Below are positions 40,121 through 49,451 of a stretch of DNA of 64,000 nucleotides, one piece after another. The position numbers and the translations under genes were made by a program. The notes under the pieces were generated by a model. The model ran no database searches. It was not told the origin of the DNA and was given only the letters and a program-made list of their open reading frames with translations. Position 1 is the first letter of the stretch. The number at the start of each line of letters is the position of its first letter. The DNA comes from Myxococcota bacterium (lineage in GTDB: Bacteria > Myxococcota_A > UBA796 > SXON01). Where the stretch lies: contig JAZKFH010000063.1 of assembly GCA_040386535.1 (NCBI GenBank), positions 32,001-96,000 of the forward strand, given 5' to 3'.

Positions 40121-42021
40121 CGCTTGACGCCGTGCTCGACCAGAATCGACGTGGGGAGCTCGTCGGTCATGCGGCTCGAACCGTCGCCGGTGGAGACGCC
40201 CGCGGGCCAGTCCCAGTCGGGCGCGAGCAGGTCGCCGTCCTCACGGTGGCCGGCGAGGTCGTAGACGGTGAGCGGGCCGTCGTCGACGGCGGGGGTGCCG
40301 AAGACCGCGCCGAGCAGGGTCCGGAGGTGGTCGGGGAGCGCGTCCACGTCCTTGGCGAACATCTCGTCCCACACGACGATCCAGCGCACGCCGTCGGCCT
40401 GGAGCCGCGCGATGTCGGCCACGTCGTACACGAAGCGATCTACCCGCGCTGGATCGGCGTCGATGGGCAGGCCGCGCTCGAACCGCGCGAGCTCGGTGAG
40501 GAAGGGGGAGGCGGCCACGTAGGCGTCCCACGCGGAGGGGCGCACGCGATCGACCCACATGGCGTGGCCGTCGAGGAGCCGGTGCCCGTGGAGCGCTTGC
40601 AGCGTCAGGTGTTGCTGGCCGATGCGGAGCTCGGGGGCGATCGGCAGGTCGAGCACGATGCCGTCGGGGAGGGCCCGCATGGCGGTGACGCCGGCGGGGA
40701 GGGGATCGGCGATGCGGGAGGTCGCCGCGAGCACGGGGGCGCCGCGCGCGCGGAGCTCGAGCGGCACGGCCAGGAGCACGATGCCGAGGGTGACGAGGGC
40801 CGCGCGAGGCGGGAGCCGATCGAGCACACGCCCGAGGCCGCGGGCGGCGAGGACGGCCACCGCGAGCGACACGAGCACGGCGTGCCGGTACGGCCACCAG
40901 AAGCGCTGGAGCGCCGGGTGGAGGCCGTAGATCCACTGGTAGGGGAGGTGGCTCTGCTCGGCGGGCCCGTGAAGGGTGACGAGGTAGGGGCCAAGCGACA
41001 GGGCCCATCCGAGCACGGCGGTGGCGAGGAAGGCGGGTACGGTCCAGCCGTGCGGATCCTCGGCGGAGGTTCCGTCGTAAGCGCGACGTCGATCGGCGCG
41101 GCGCCTCCACACCTCGGTGGCCCCGAGGAGCAGCAACAACCAGGAGACGTACGCCGGCACCATCGTCGGCACGTCCGACCACACGGGCCAGCTCCACGGC
41201 AAGGAGGCCTGGAGGGAGAACGGATGGGGGAAGCTCTCCGCGGCCTCGGAGGCGCCCACGACCTCGCTCCAGCCGCGCACGAAGAGCCACAACAACGGAC
41301 CGACGGTCACGATGGCGGCGACGGCGCCGGCTGCGACCACGCCGAGACGCTGGCGGGTGTGCGGGCGCGGCGCGAACAGGGTGAGGAGGCCCGCGGCGTA
41401 GCCGGCGAACAGCCCATAGTAGAAGTACTCGACCCCCGCGAGGCCGATGAGCGCCCCGGCCCCGAGCGCGCGCCGCCACGATCCGCGCTCCAGCGCGCCG
41501 ATCCAGAGGGCGAGCCCCGCCGCCATCTCCCACACCGGCACCTGCGCGAGCCGCGCCGCGGAGAGCTCGGTCAGCACGAACGGCGAGACGCCGAAGCCCA
41601 CGCCGCCGACGAGGGCCGCGCGGGGGCTGGCACCGGCAGCGCGCGCGAGGGCTGTCCCCGCGACGACGTTCAGGACGAGCACCAGGAACAGGTAGACGTT
41701 GATGCCGAACGGCGCGCCGAAGGCCCAGGCGAAGGGGGCCGAGAGCAGCGCGCCCGACGCGTTGCCGGCCAGGAACGGCGCGTCGCCCACGGGCACGTAG
41801 TAGGCGTCGTTCTGGAGGAGGGAGCCGCCACTTGCGAGGCGCTCGGCCACCCAGCCGTAGACCCAGTGGTTCGAGAGCATGTCCGGATGCTCCCAGTCCC
41901 CGAACAACCCGCGCGTCGGCTCGGCCCAGACGCCCGCCCCGACGACGGCCACGGCAAGGACCGCCACCAGCGTGGTGAGCGCGGCTTCGACGAGGCGGGA
42001 CGTAGTCGGGAGGCCGGCCAT
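40117..42021 (-). CDS. GT-C/YfhO-like polytopic membrane protein (paralogue 4)
   Basis: PDMLSNHW, YVPVG, LSLGP, RFWWPYR, DLP...QALHGH.LLDG; stop overlaps paralogue 3 start. Confidence 0.6.
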   Translation of the reverse strand: MAGLPTTSRLVEAALTTLVAVLAVAVVGAGVWAEPTRGLFGDWEHPDMLSNHWVYGWVAERLASGGSLLQNDAYYVPVGDAPFLAGNASGALLSAPFAWAFGAPFGINVYLFLVLVLNVVAGTALARAAGASPRAALVGGVGFGVSPFVLTELSAARLAQVPVWEMAAGLALWIGALERGSWRRALGAGALIGLAGVEYFYYGLFAGYAAGLLTLFAPRPHTRQRLGVVAAGAVAAIVTVGPLLWLFVRGWSEVVGASEAAESFPHPFSLQASLPWSWPVWSDVPTMVPAYVSWLLLLLGATEVWRRRADRRRAYDGTSAEDPHGWTVPAFLATAVLGWALSLGPYLVTLHGPAEQSHLPYQWIYGLHPALQRFWWPYRHAVLVSLAVAVLAARGLGRVLDRLPPRAALVTLGIVLLAVPLELRARGAPVLAATSRIADPLPAGVTAMRALPDGIVLDLPIAPELRIGQQHLTLQALHGHRLLDGHAMWVDRVRPSAWDAYVAASPFLTELARFERGLPIDADPARVDRFVYDVADIARLQADGVRWIVVWDEMFAKDVDALPDHLRTLLGAVFGTPAVDDGPLTVYDLAGHREDGDLLAPDWDWPAGVSTGDGSSRMTDELPTSILVEHGVKR

Positions 42022-42114
42022 CGGGCGCGTGGTAACGCGTGTCGCGTCGTCCCGCGGGCGCCCGCTGCGACGGGATGGGTCGCGGGTGCTCGCGGTGGGT
42101 GGTATTGCGAGGGC

Positions 42115-43155
42115 GTGCGTACCCTCTCCCTGGTCCTCCTCGTCGCCTGCACCGGTGAGAAGCCGGCGCCCTCGATCCCCGACGCGTGCGCTCTCGAAGA
42201 CCTCGATCGCGTCGCGATGATCGAGCACGCCATCGACGGCACCGCGACCGACTGCGAAGTCGAGGGCTTCGCCGCCTTCGTCGAGGAGCGCAAGGCCGAC
42301 AACGGCCCGTGGAAGCAGGACATCCGCATGGCGTTCTCCGAGGACGCCAGCACGTTCACCGCGCTCGACGGCGTGGTGCTCGAGACGGCGGCCGTCCCCG
42401 AGGTCGTCCAGACAGAAGACGGCAAGTACTGGATGTTCTACGTCGACGGTCGGTACGATCGCGCGCTGGAGCTGGCCCAAGAGCGTTCGACGTGGATGGT
42501 GACCCACGGCGTGCCGGGGCTCGGGGCGCTCGGGCTAGCGCAAAGCTACGACGGCCTGACGTTCACGCCGGTCGACGAGTTCATGGTCGAGGGCCTCGTG
42601 CGCGGCATGGTGGTCGACCCGGACGTGGTCCGCCAGCCCGACGGCACGTGGCGCATGTACTACGTCGGGATGACCCCGGAGGAGTACCTCAACTCGGCCA
42701 CGTGGACCTACCCGGAGTCCCACGAGATCTTCTGGGCGGACTCCCCCGATCTGGTCCACTGGACCCAGCGGGGCTCGGCCGTGCGGGGGCCCTACGCCGA
42801 CCCGAGCGTGTTCTGCACCGAGGGCGACAAGTGTGTCATGGCGTCGTTCGGGCTCGAGTGGGGCCGCTCGACCGACGGCGGCGTGAGCTTCGTGCAGGAC
42901 GGCGCCTGGGGCGTGGACGGGTTCGCGCCCGAGTTCGTGCGCTTCGAGGACGGGAGCGCGCGGCTGTTCTACAACAGTGCGGCCGTCGGGGCGCCCGTCC
43001 ACTCCTTCATCCTCACCGAGGGCGACATCTGGGAGGCCGACGGCGGCGAGCGGATGCCGGACTCCTACGGAGAGGCGGTCACCTTGGCTCGCGCGGCGCC
43101 GACGGGCTGGTACATGTGGTACCACGTCTTCAAGGATGGCAGCGAACCCATCTGA
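42115..43155 (+). CDS. Lipoprotein with glycoside-hydrolase-like beta-propeller
   Basis: LVAC lipobox; Asp-box-like S.DG..F/W repeats; VDPDVV...DG.WRMYY, ADPSV, FAPE. Confidence 0.6.
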   Translation: MRTLSLVLLVACTGEKPAPSIPDACALEDLDRVAMIEHAIDGTATDCEVEGFAAFVEERKADNGPWKQDIRMAFSEDASTFTALDGVVLETAAVPEVVQTEDGKYWMFYVDGRYDRALELAQERSTWMVTHGVPGLGALGLAQSYDGLTFTPVDEFMVEGLVRGMVVDPDVVRQPDGTWRMYYVGMTPEEYLNSATWTYPESHEIFWADSPDLVHWTQRGSAVRGPYADPSVFCTEGDKCVMASFGLEWGRSTDGGVSFVQDGAWGVDGFAPEFVRFEDGSARLFYNSAAVGAPVHSFILTEGDIWEADGGERMPDSYGEAVTLARAAPTGWYMWYHVFKDGSEPI

Positions 43156-43156
43156 A

Positions 43157-43687
43157 TCACTCGCGAATCAGGACCGTCGTGCCCTTCTCCGCCGTCGCGT
43201 AGAGCCACGTCATCTGGTCGTTGGAGATCGCGACGCAGCCGTCGGTCCAGAAGTTGGGCCAGGCCCCGCCGCCGTGCAGGTAGATGTCCCCGCCGAGCGC
43301 GGTGTCGCGGGCGGGCATGCCCCCGGCGACATCGGCGGCGACGACGCGATCACGGGTGCGGGCGTCGATGCGCCCCGCGGCGAAGGCGTCCTCGGCGTCC
43401 TGGGCCTGGGGGTAGTCCAGGCCGAGGGAGAGGTGGAAGGAGGACGCGGGGTTCTTGTTGGTGATGCGGAACGTGCCGACGGGCGTGCGCTCGTCGCCCC
43501 GCTGCTCCTTGTGACCGACCGGGCTCGCACCGAGCGCGATGGGGAAACACGCCGGACCCGCGGGGCCGGGGACGACCACCCGGTCGCGGAACACGCCCAT
43601 CACGAAGTCGGACTTGTCGACCACGATGACGAGGCCGGCCTGGTCGGGCGCCGCGGGACAGTCGGGGGGGAGCAGGAGGGGGATCAT
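43157..43687 (-). CDS. L,D-transpeptidase (YkuD family)
   Basis: K...GD.RTP.G, LGLDYP, GGDIYLHG, WTDGCVA. Confidence 0.9.
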   Translation of the reverse strand: MIPLLLPPDCPAAPDQAGLVIVVDKSDFVMGVFRDRVVVPGPAGPACFPIALGASPVGHKEQRGDERTPVGTFRITNKNPASSFHLSLGLDYPQAQDAEDAFAAGRIDARTRDRVVAADVAGGMPARDTALGGDIYLHGGGAWPNFWTDGCVAISNDQMTWLYATAEKGTTVLIRE

Positions 43688-43736
43688 GCAGTCATCCGAC
43701 CCGGTTGCGCGCGATTTGTTCCCGTCCCGCTCGAGG

Positions 43737-44354
43737 TCAGCCGAGGCGTGTCGCGAGGGCGCGGAGCGCGTCGCCGCCGTTGCCGAAGAGCGGCCAGCCG
43801 TCCCCGACCAGCACGGTGTCGATGCTGCCGATGGCGGCGAGCTTTCGCACGGAGGCGACGGCCGCGGCCTTGTCCATCAGCTTCGCGTCCGGGAGGATCA
43901 TCAGGCTGCCGGCCTTGTGGGCGCGGATGAGGTCACCGGTGATGAGCGTGGTGCTGTCGAGCACCAGGGCGAGCTCGCCGGGGGTCTTCGACCCATCCAC
44001 GGTGTGGACCACGAGTCCGGGCACGGGCTCGTCGCCGTCCGAGAGCCAGCGGTCGCACGGGAAGGGGAACGCGCCCTGCTCGGCGGCGGGGCCCGCGATC
44101 TTCGCGCCCGTCCAGGCCGCGATCTCCTGCGCCGCGCGCGTGTGATCGGAGGTGGTCAGGATGATGAGCGTGGCCCCGCCGAGGCTCTCGAGGTGCGCGC
44201 GGTCGTGCGGCGAGAGCGGCATCGGATCGACGAGCACGTTGCCGCCCCCGCCCGGCGTCGCGGGGCGCGCCCAGCAGAGCCCGTGAAAGTCGACGTTGCG
44301 GGCCTCGTCGAAGGCGGACCAGCTGTAGAGGTCGGGGCGGTGCAGGGACTTCAT
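43737..44354 (-). CDS. Metallo-beta-lactamase-fold protein with degenerate metal motif
   Basis: VLVDP, ILTTSDH, GSKTPGE, LITGD, LVGDG. Confidence 0.7.
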   Translation of the reverse strand: MKSLHRPDLYSWSAFDEARNVDFHGLCWARPATPGGGGNVLVDPMPLSPHDRAHLESLGGATLIILTTSDHTRAAQEIAAWTGAKIAGPAAEQGAFPFPCDRWLSDGDEPVPGLVVHTVDGSKTPGELALVLDSTTLITGDLIRAHKAGSLMILPDAKLMDKAAAVASVRKLAAIGSIDTVLVGDGWPLFGNGGDALRALATRLG

Positions 44355-44446
44355 GCGGGCGACGTAACCGGGGGCTGGGTGAATAGACCGGCCCCCCGGA
44401 CGTACAGGAGGTACAGGCCTCGCTACGCCTGGCGGAAGGAGATCAG

Positions 44447-45892
44447 ATGCTGCGATCCTCATGGCGCGTGTTGTTGCTCGGGGCCCTGCTCGTGGGGCCG
44501 GCAGTCGCCGGGTCGAGCCGGGCCGCGCCCAAGGAGCGCGAGGGAAGCGGCTCGGAGTCGCCCCCGCCGAAGAAGCCCGCCCCCGCGAAGCCCGCACCGA
44601 AGAAGCCGGCCCCCGCGCCCACGTCCGCCCCGGCGCCGGCTCGGAACCCGGCGCCGCCGGGGCGGGAGCCCGCGCGGCCCTCGCCGGCCTCTCCCGCGGC
44701 ACCCGCGCGGCCTGCTCCGGCCCCTGAGCCCGCCCGGCCCGCGCCCGCCGGCGAGCCCGTCCGTCCCGCGCCGGTCGGCGAGCCCGCCCGCCCCGCTCCG
44801 GCCACCGAGCCGGGCCGCCCGGTGTCGCGTGACCCCTCTGAGCGCACCGACGCGACGCCGGACAGCCGGTCGGACCGCCGGCCCGACGGAAACGCGGACG
44901 GCCGCCGTGAGCCCACCAGCCGCGATGCGGCGAGCACCGAGCGGCGCGGCGCGGCCGTGTCCCGGCCGCGCACCTCGTCGCCCCCGCGCGAGACCGCCCG
45001 CGTCCCCTACGAGGGCGCACGCGAGCGCTCGCACCGGCCCGCCTACCAGACGCGTGACGCGCGCTATGCGCATCCGCACCCCCGCCACGTGCGCGCCTAC
45101 GGGCCTTCGGGCCACGGCCGGCCCGAGCGCTATGCCTACCGCAGCTGGTACACCCACTGGTGGGTGCACCCGCACTACCGGTGGGTGCACACCACCTGGG
45201 TGGTGGTGTCGTTCGATTTCACGCCTTCGCCCTGGGAGATGGGCTGGGCGCCGCCGTCGCGCGCCGGGTGGGCGTGGGTGCCCGGGCACTGGGAGGGCCC
45301 GTACTGGGTGCCCGGCCACTGGGCCCCTACACGTGTCGCGCCCTCCTGGTACGGCGCGCAGTGGGACTGGGTCCCCGGCTTCTGGGTCGGCTCGGCGTAC
45401 GTCGAGGGCTACTGGCGCCTCGATCAGCGGCGCGACGGCGACTGGCAGTGGGTCGAGGGCGCCTATCTGCGCGATGGGAACTACGTCCCCGGGCATTGGC
45501 GTCCGATGTCGCAGGCGCCCGCCGGGTTCGTCTGGGAGCCCGGCTTCTGGGACGGCGAGAGCTGGGTCGAGGGGTTCTGGCGCCCGGCGTCGCGGTCCCG
45601 CTACGCCTGGGTCGACGCGCGGTACCGCGACGATGGCACCTACGAGGCTGGCTACTGGGAGCCGCTCGAGGCGCGACCGGGCGCGGTGTGGGTGCCGGGC
45701 TGGTTCGACGGCCAGGCCTGGAACGACGGCTACTGGGTGCCCGAGGAGGAGTACCGCAACGACGACCCGGAGGTGTGGACCGCCCCGGAAGGTGTCGATG
45801 ACGGGTGGTCCGCGCCCCACGCCGAGGCGCCCTACGGCGAGACCGAGGACGAGGAGGTGCCCCTGGCGCTCCCCGTCGACGGGGTGCGGTAG
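44447..45892 (+). CDS. Secreted protein with Pro/Arg-rich disordered region and YXWGXW-type repeats
   Basis: Signal peptide; PAPAKP/EPARPAP tracts; about 10 W(V/E)(P/E)G(H/F/Y/W)W-type units. Confidence 0.75.
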   Translation: MLRSSWRVLLLGALLVGPAVAGSSRAAPKEREGSGSESPPPKKPAPAKPAPKKPAPAPTSAPAPARNPAPPGREPARPSPASPAAPARPAPAPEPARPAPAGEPVRPAPVGEPARPAPATEPGRPVSRDPSERTDATPDSRSDRRPDGNADGRREPTSRDAASTERRGAAVSRPRTSSPPRETARVPYEGARERSHRPAYQTRDARYAHPHPRHVRAYGPSGHGRPERYAYRSWYTHWWVHPHYRWVHTTWVVVSFDFTPSPWEMGWAPPSRAGWAWVPGHWEGPYWVPGHWAPTRVAPSWYGAQWDWVPGFWVGSAYVEGYWRLDQRRDGDWQWVEGAYLRDGNYVPGHWRPMSQAPAGFVWEPGFWDGESWVEGFWRPASRSRYAWVDARYRDDGTYEAGYWEPLEARPGAVWVPGWFDGQAWNDGYWVPEEEYRNDDPEVWTAPEGVDDGWSAPHAEAPYGETEDEEVPLALPVDGVR

Positions 45893-45909
45893 CGGCGGGG
45901 TACGAAGGG

Positions 45910-46416
45910 CTACTTCTCTTCGCGAAGCACCCGTGGCGCCCAGAAGCCGCGGAGCTGCATGCCGCTGGAGGTGAGGTCACCCTCCAGCCAGGCCACCCCG
46001 CCCTTCTTCCAGGTGTAGACGCGCCCGGCTTCGGCCGAGCCGAGGGTGAGCAGGCCGAGGAGCTCGCCGAGCCAGGGCTGATGCCCGACCAGGGCCACCT
46101 GTTCGCCCGTGAACATCCGCAGCGAGAGCTCGGTGGGCGACGCGGCGAGGTGGGGCGTGACGAACGCGTCGCCGTCGAGCAGCTCCTGGAGGAGCTCCGC
46201 GGTCTGCACCGCGCGGACGAGGGGGCTGTGGTAGACGCGGTCGAACGAGATGCCCGCGCGACCGAGCCCGCGTACGACCGAGGCGAACCGGCGTTTCCCC
46301 CGCGCGGTGAGGGGGCGGGCGGCGTCCGTGGGATCGACGCCGTCGGGGAGGCCGTCGGGCACCGGGCCCTCGGGAGAGTCGGCGGCGGCGGCGTGTCGGA
46401 TCAGGTAGAGATGCAC
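45910..46416 (-). CDS. sixA: Phosphohistidine phosphatase SixA
   Basis: LYLIRHA, RPLT.RG, SPLVRAVQTAE, LVGHQP, KKGG. Confidence 0.85.
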   Translation of the reverse strand: MHLYLIRHAAAADSPEGPVPDGLPDGVDPTDAARPLTARGKRRFASVVRGLGRAGISFDRVYHSPLVRAVQTAELLQELLDGDAFVTPHLAASPTELSLRMFTGEQVALVGHQPWLGELLGLLTLGSAEAGRVYTWKKGGVAWLEGDLTSSGMQLRGFWAPRVLREEK

Positions 46417-46440
46417 GATCGGCTCCAGTGCGCTCGGCGG

Positions 46441-46751
46441 TCAGCGGCGTTCTAATCCGGTTCTGGGCCAGCGCACCACCACGACTTCGAGTGGGGCGTC
46501 GAGGAGCGCGAGCTCGGTCAGCATCGATGCGGGAGGCGGCCCGCACCGGTTCGCCGGGCGTGGCCGAGGGGGAGCGGACGGTAGCCGAGCTCGCGGAACG
46601 GCGCGATCCCGGCGCGGCGCTTGATGGCCCCGGACACGCCCTGCGGCAACAGGAGCCACCAGGGGATCACGTTGCGATTCCAGGCGTTGACGATCGCGTC
46701 GACCGGCTGATCGAGCAGGTCGCCGTTGACGACGGTGGGCACGATGGGCAT
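46441..46751 (-). pseudogene. Macro-domain protein with internal deletion and frameshift
   Basis: GDLLDQPVDAIVNA..GVSGAI..GAGRLP ends at stop 46518; plausible C-terminus (MLTEL...LEVVVVRW) in another frame; central IHA/FP.IG.G segment absent. Confidence 0.7.
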
Positions 46752-46899
46752 CCCCGCGTACGTAGGCGGAACCTCGGCCGGCGGCCAGGGTTCACGCGGT
46801 CGGAGCGCTACCTGCACTGAACACTTGCTCACCTCGGGCCCCGCGATTACATGCCGGCCCCGAATCCTCCGACCCCGGCCCCAGCGCCCGGGAGCGCCC

Positions 46900-48237
46900 A
46901 TGTTCTTCTCGTTCGTCGCCTTCGCCTTCGCCCAGGAACCCACCGCCCTCTCGCTCGAGGAGGCGCTCCGTCGCGCGCAGGCCGCGAGCGAGGACATCGT
47001 GTACGCCGAAGCGGGCGTCGAGAGCGCGCGGGGCGACAAGATGGGCGCCACCAGCGGCCTGCTGCCCCAGGTGTCGGGCTCCGCCAGCTACCAGCACACG
47101 TTCGCCTCGGAATACGACGGGCTCTTCGAGACCCCGGACGCTGCGGACGGCGGCGCGTCGCCGTTCTCGGGGCTGCCGTTCGGGCAGGCCGACACCTACC
47201 GGGTCGACCTCGCGCTGTCCCAGACGATCTGGGCCGGCGGGCGCAACCGCGCGGCGATGCGGATGGCGGACGCCGGGCGGGAGGTCGCGGGCCTCTCGGT
47301 CGAGAGCGCCCGCGCCAGCGCTGCCCTCGCCGCCACGCAGGCCTACTACGATGCCGCGCTGGCCGATCAGCTGGTGGACATCGCGACGGGAGCGTTGACC
47401 CAGGCGGAGACGACGGCCGCCCACGCGAAGCTGGCCCACGAGGTCGGCCGCCAGCCGGAGTTCGAGTTGGTCCGCGCAGACGTCGAGGTGCAGGCCCAAC
47501 GCGTGGTCGTGATCCAGCAGACCCGCGTGCGCACGATCGCGCACCTCCAGCTCAAGCGCCTGCTCGATCTCCCGCCCGACGCGACCCTTTCGCTCACGAC
47601 CCCCCTCGACGATGGGACGGGGCCCGCCGAGGCCGCCGCGACCGTTGCCGCGGTCGGGAGCGGCGCCCGCGCGGCGGTCGAGCAAGCGGAGAAGGCGGTG
47701 CGCCTCTCCGAGGCCTCGCTGGCCCTGACGCGATCCCAGCGGTACCCGACCCTCGGGGCGTCGGCCAACTACGGGTGGGTGTCGTACCCCTCGAGCGTCG
47801 TGCCGGAGTTCGGCGAGGACGCCTGGCGCAACAACTTCACCGCCGGCCTCGTGCTCTCGGTGCCAATCTTCTCGGGCCTCCGCGTCACCGGAGAGCTGGT
47901 GTCGGCCCGCGCCGCGCTCACCCAGGCCGAGGCGCGCCTCTCCCAGGCGGGCGAGCTCGCCGCGCTCGACACGGCGGACGCCGACGCCGCGATCGTCGCC
48001 GCGAGCGCCCAGTGGGACGCGACGGCCGGCACCGTCGCCCAGGCCGAGCGCGCCTACTCCATCGCCGAGGTGCGCTTCCAGGAGGGGATCTCGACCCAGT
48101 CCGAGCTCGCCGACGCACGCCTGCTCCTCCAGCGCGCGCGCGCCTCCCGCGCTCAAGCCGCGCGGGACCTCCAGATCGCCCGCGTCCGCCTCGCCCTCCT
48201 GCCCGCGCTGCCCCTCGGCGGCGCCCAGTCCTACTGA
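46900..48237 (+). CDS. TolC-family outer membrane efflux protein
   Basis: LSLEEAL..A, LLPQVS, AYY, YPTL, VPIFSG, RFQEG. Confidence 0.9.
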   Translation: MFFSFVAFAFAQEPTALSLEEALRRAQAASEDIVYAEAGVESARGDKMGATSGLLPQVSGSASYQHTFASEYDGLFETPDAADGGASPFSGLPFGQADTYRVDLALSQTIWAGGRNRAAMRMADAGREVAGLSVESARASAALAATQAYYDAALADQLVDIATGALTQAETTAAHAKLAHEVGRQPEFELVRADVEVQAQRVVVIQQTRVRTIAHLQLKRLLDLPPDATLSLTTPLDDGTGPAEAAATVAAVGSGARAAVEQAEKAVRLSEASLALTRSQRYPTLGASANYGWVSYPSSVVPEFGEDAWRNNFTAGLVLSVPIFSGLRVTGELVSARAALTQAEARLSQAGELAALDTADADAAIVAASAQWDATAGTVAQAERAYSIAEVRFQEGISTQSELADARLLLQRARASRAQAARDLQIARVRLALLPALPLGGAQSY

Positions 48238-49451
48238 TGAGGCCCCCGATGCCCACCCGCCTGCCCACATCGATCCTCCGCACCGTGGCCCACCCCACCG
48301 CGACCCTCCCCACCGGCCGCGCGCGCTGGCTCTTGGCGCTGCTCGTTCCCCTCGCCCTCGCCTGTGGCGGCGGCCCCGCCGAGGCTCCGGCCGCGGCCGC
48401 GCCCGAGCCCGTCGTGGTGGGGGACGAGGATCTCGTCGTCGTCGCCCGGGAGTCGTTGGCCGCGGGGCCGCGCGTGTCGGGCACGCTCGAGGCCGCCACG
48501 AAGGCTGTCATCCGCGCCGAGGCCGCGGGGTCCGTCGAGGAGGTGCTCGTCGAGCTCGGGCAGACGGTGGAGAAGGGGGCGCTGCTCGCCCGGATCGAGG
48601 CGCGCACGGCGAGAGACGCGCTGGGGTCTGCATCCGCGGGCGTCGAGTCCGCGGCGAGCGATCTGTCGGTGGCCGAGCGCGAGCTCGAGCGCGCCACGCG
48701 CCTCGTGGAGGCCGGTGCGCTCGCTGCCCGCGACCGCGAGCTGGCCCAGAGCCAGGTGGTGTCCGCCCGGGCGCGCCTGAAGGACGCGCAGTCCCGCCGG
48801 GTGGGCGCGGCCGAGCAGGTCGACGGGGCCACCGCGCGTGCCCCGATGACCGGCGTGGTGAGCGAGCGGGCCGTAGGGGCGGGGGACATCGTCTCCCCGG
48901 GCGCGCCGATGTTCACCATCATCGATCCGAGCAGCCTGCGCCTCGACGGGGCCGTCCCCGCCGACGCGATCGGGCAGCTGACCGTCGGCATGGCGGTGCG
49001 CTTCAGCGTCCAGGGGCACCCCGGGCGCACCTTCGACGGAACGCTGGCGAGCATCGCCCCCGCGGTAGACGCGGCCACCCGCCAGATCCCCGTGCTCGTC
49101 ACGCTCCCGAACCCCGAGGGCGCGCTGGTCGCGGGGCTCTTCGCGGACGGTCGCGTCGCCACCGAGGTCCGTGAGGGGATCGTCGTGCCGTCCGATGCGC
49201 TCGTGACCATCGGCGGAGTCCAGAGCGTGATGCGCGTGCGGGACGGCAAGGCCGAACGGGTCGCCATCGAGGTTGGCATCCGCGACGAGGACGCCGAGCG
49301 TGTCGAGCTCCGGACCGGCATCGACCCCGGCGACATCGTGCTCGTCGGCGCCGCGCGGGACATCGCGCCCGGCACGCCGGTCGAGGTGCGCAAGGCCGAG
49401 GTGGCGCCGCCCGCCACGACCGACGCCACGCCGGCCGGCGAGGAGCGCTGA
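48237..49451 (+). CDS. RND periplasmic adaptor (MFP), lipoprotein
   Basis: LACG; AEAAG.V....V..GQ.V.KG, RAPMTGVV, PAVD..TR. Confidence 0.9.
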   Translation: MRPPMPTRLPTSILRTVAHPTATLPTGRARWLLALLVPLALACGGGPAEAPAAAAPEPVVVGDEDLVVVARESLAAGPRVSGTLEAATKAVIRAEAAGSVEEVLVELGQTVEKGALLARIEARTARDALGSASAGVESAASDLSVAERELERATRLVEAGALAARDRELAQSQVVSARARLKDAQSRRVGAAEQVDGATARAPMTGVVSERAVGAGDIVSPGAPMFTIIDPSSLRLDGAVPADAIGQLTVGMAVRFSVQGHPGRTFDGTLASIAPAVDAATRQIPVLVTLPNPEGALVAGLFADGRVATEVREGIVVPSDALVTIGGVQSVMRVRDGKAERVAIEVGIRDEDAERVELRTGIDPGDIVLVGAARDIAPGTPVEVRKAEVAPPATTDATPAGEER

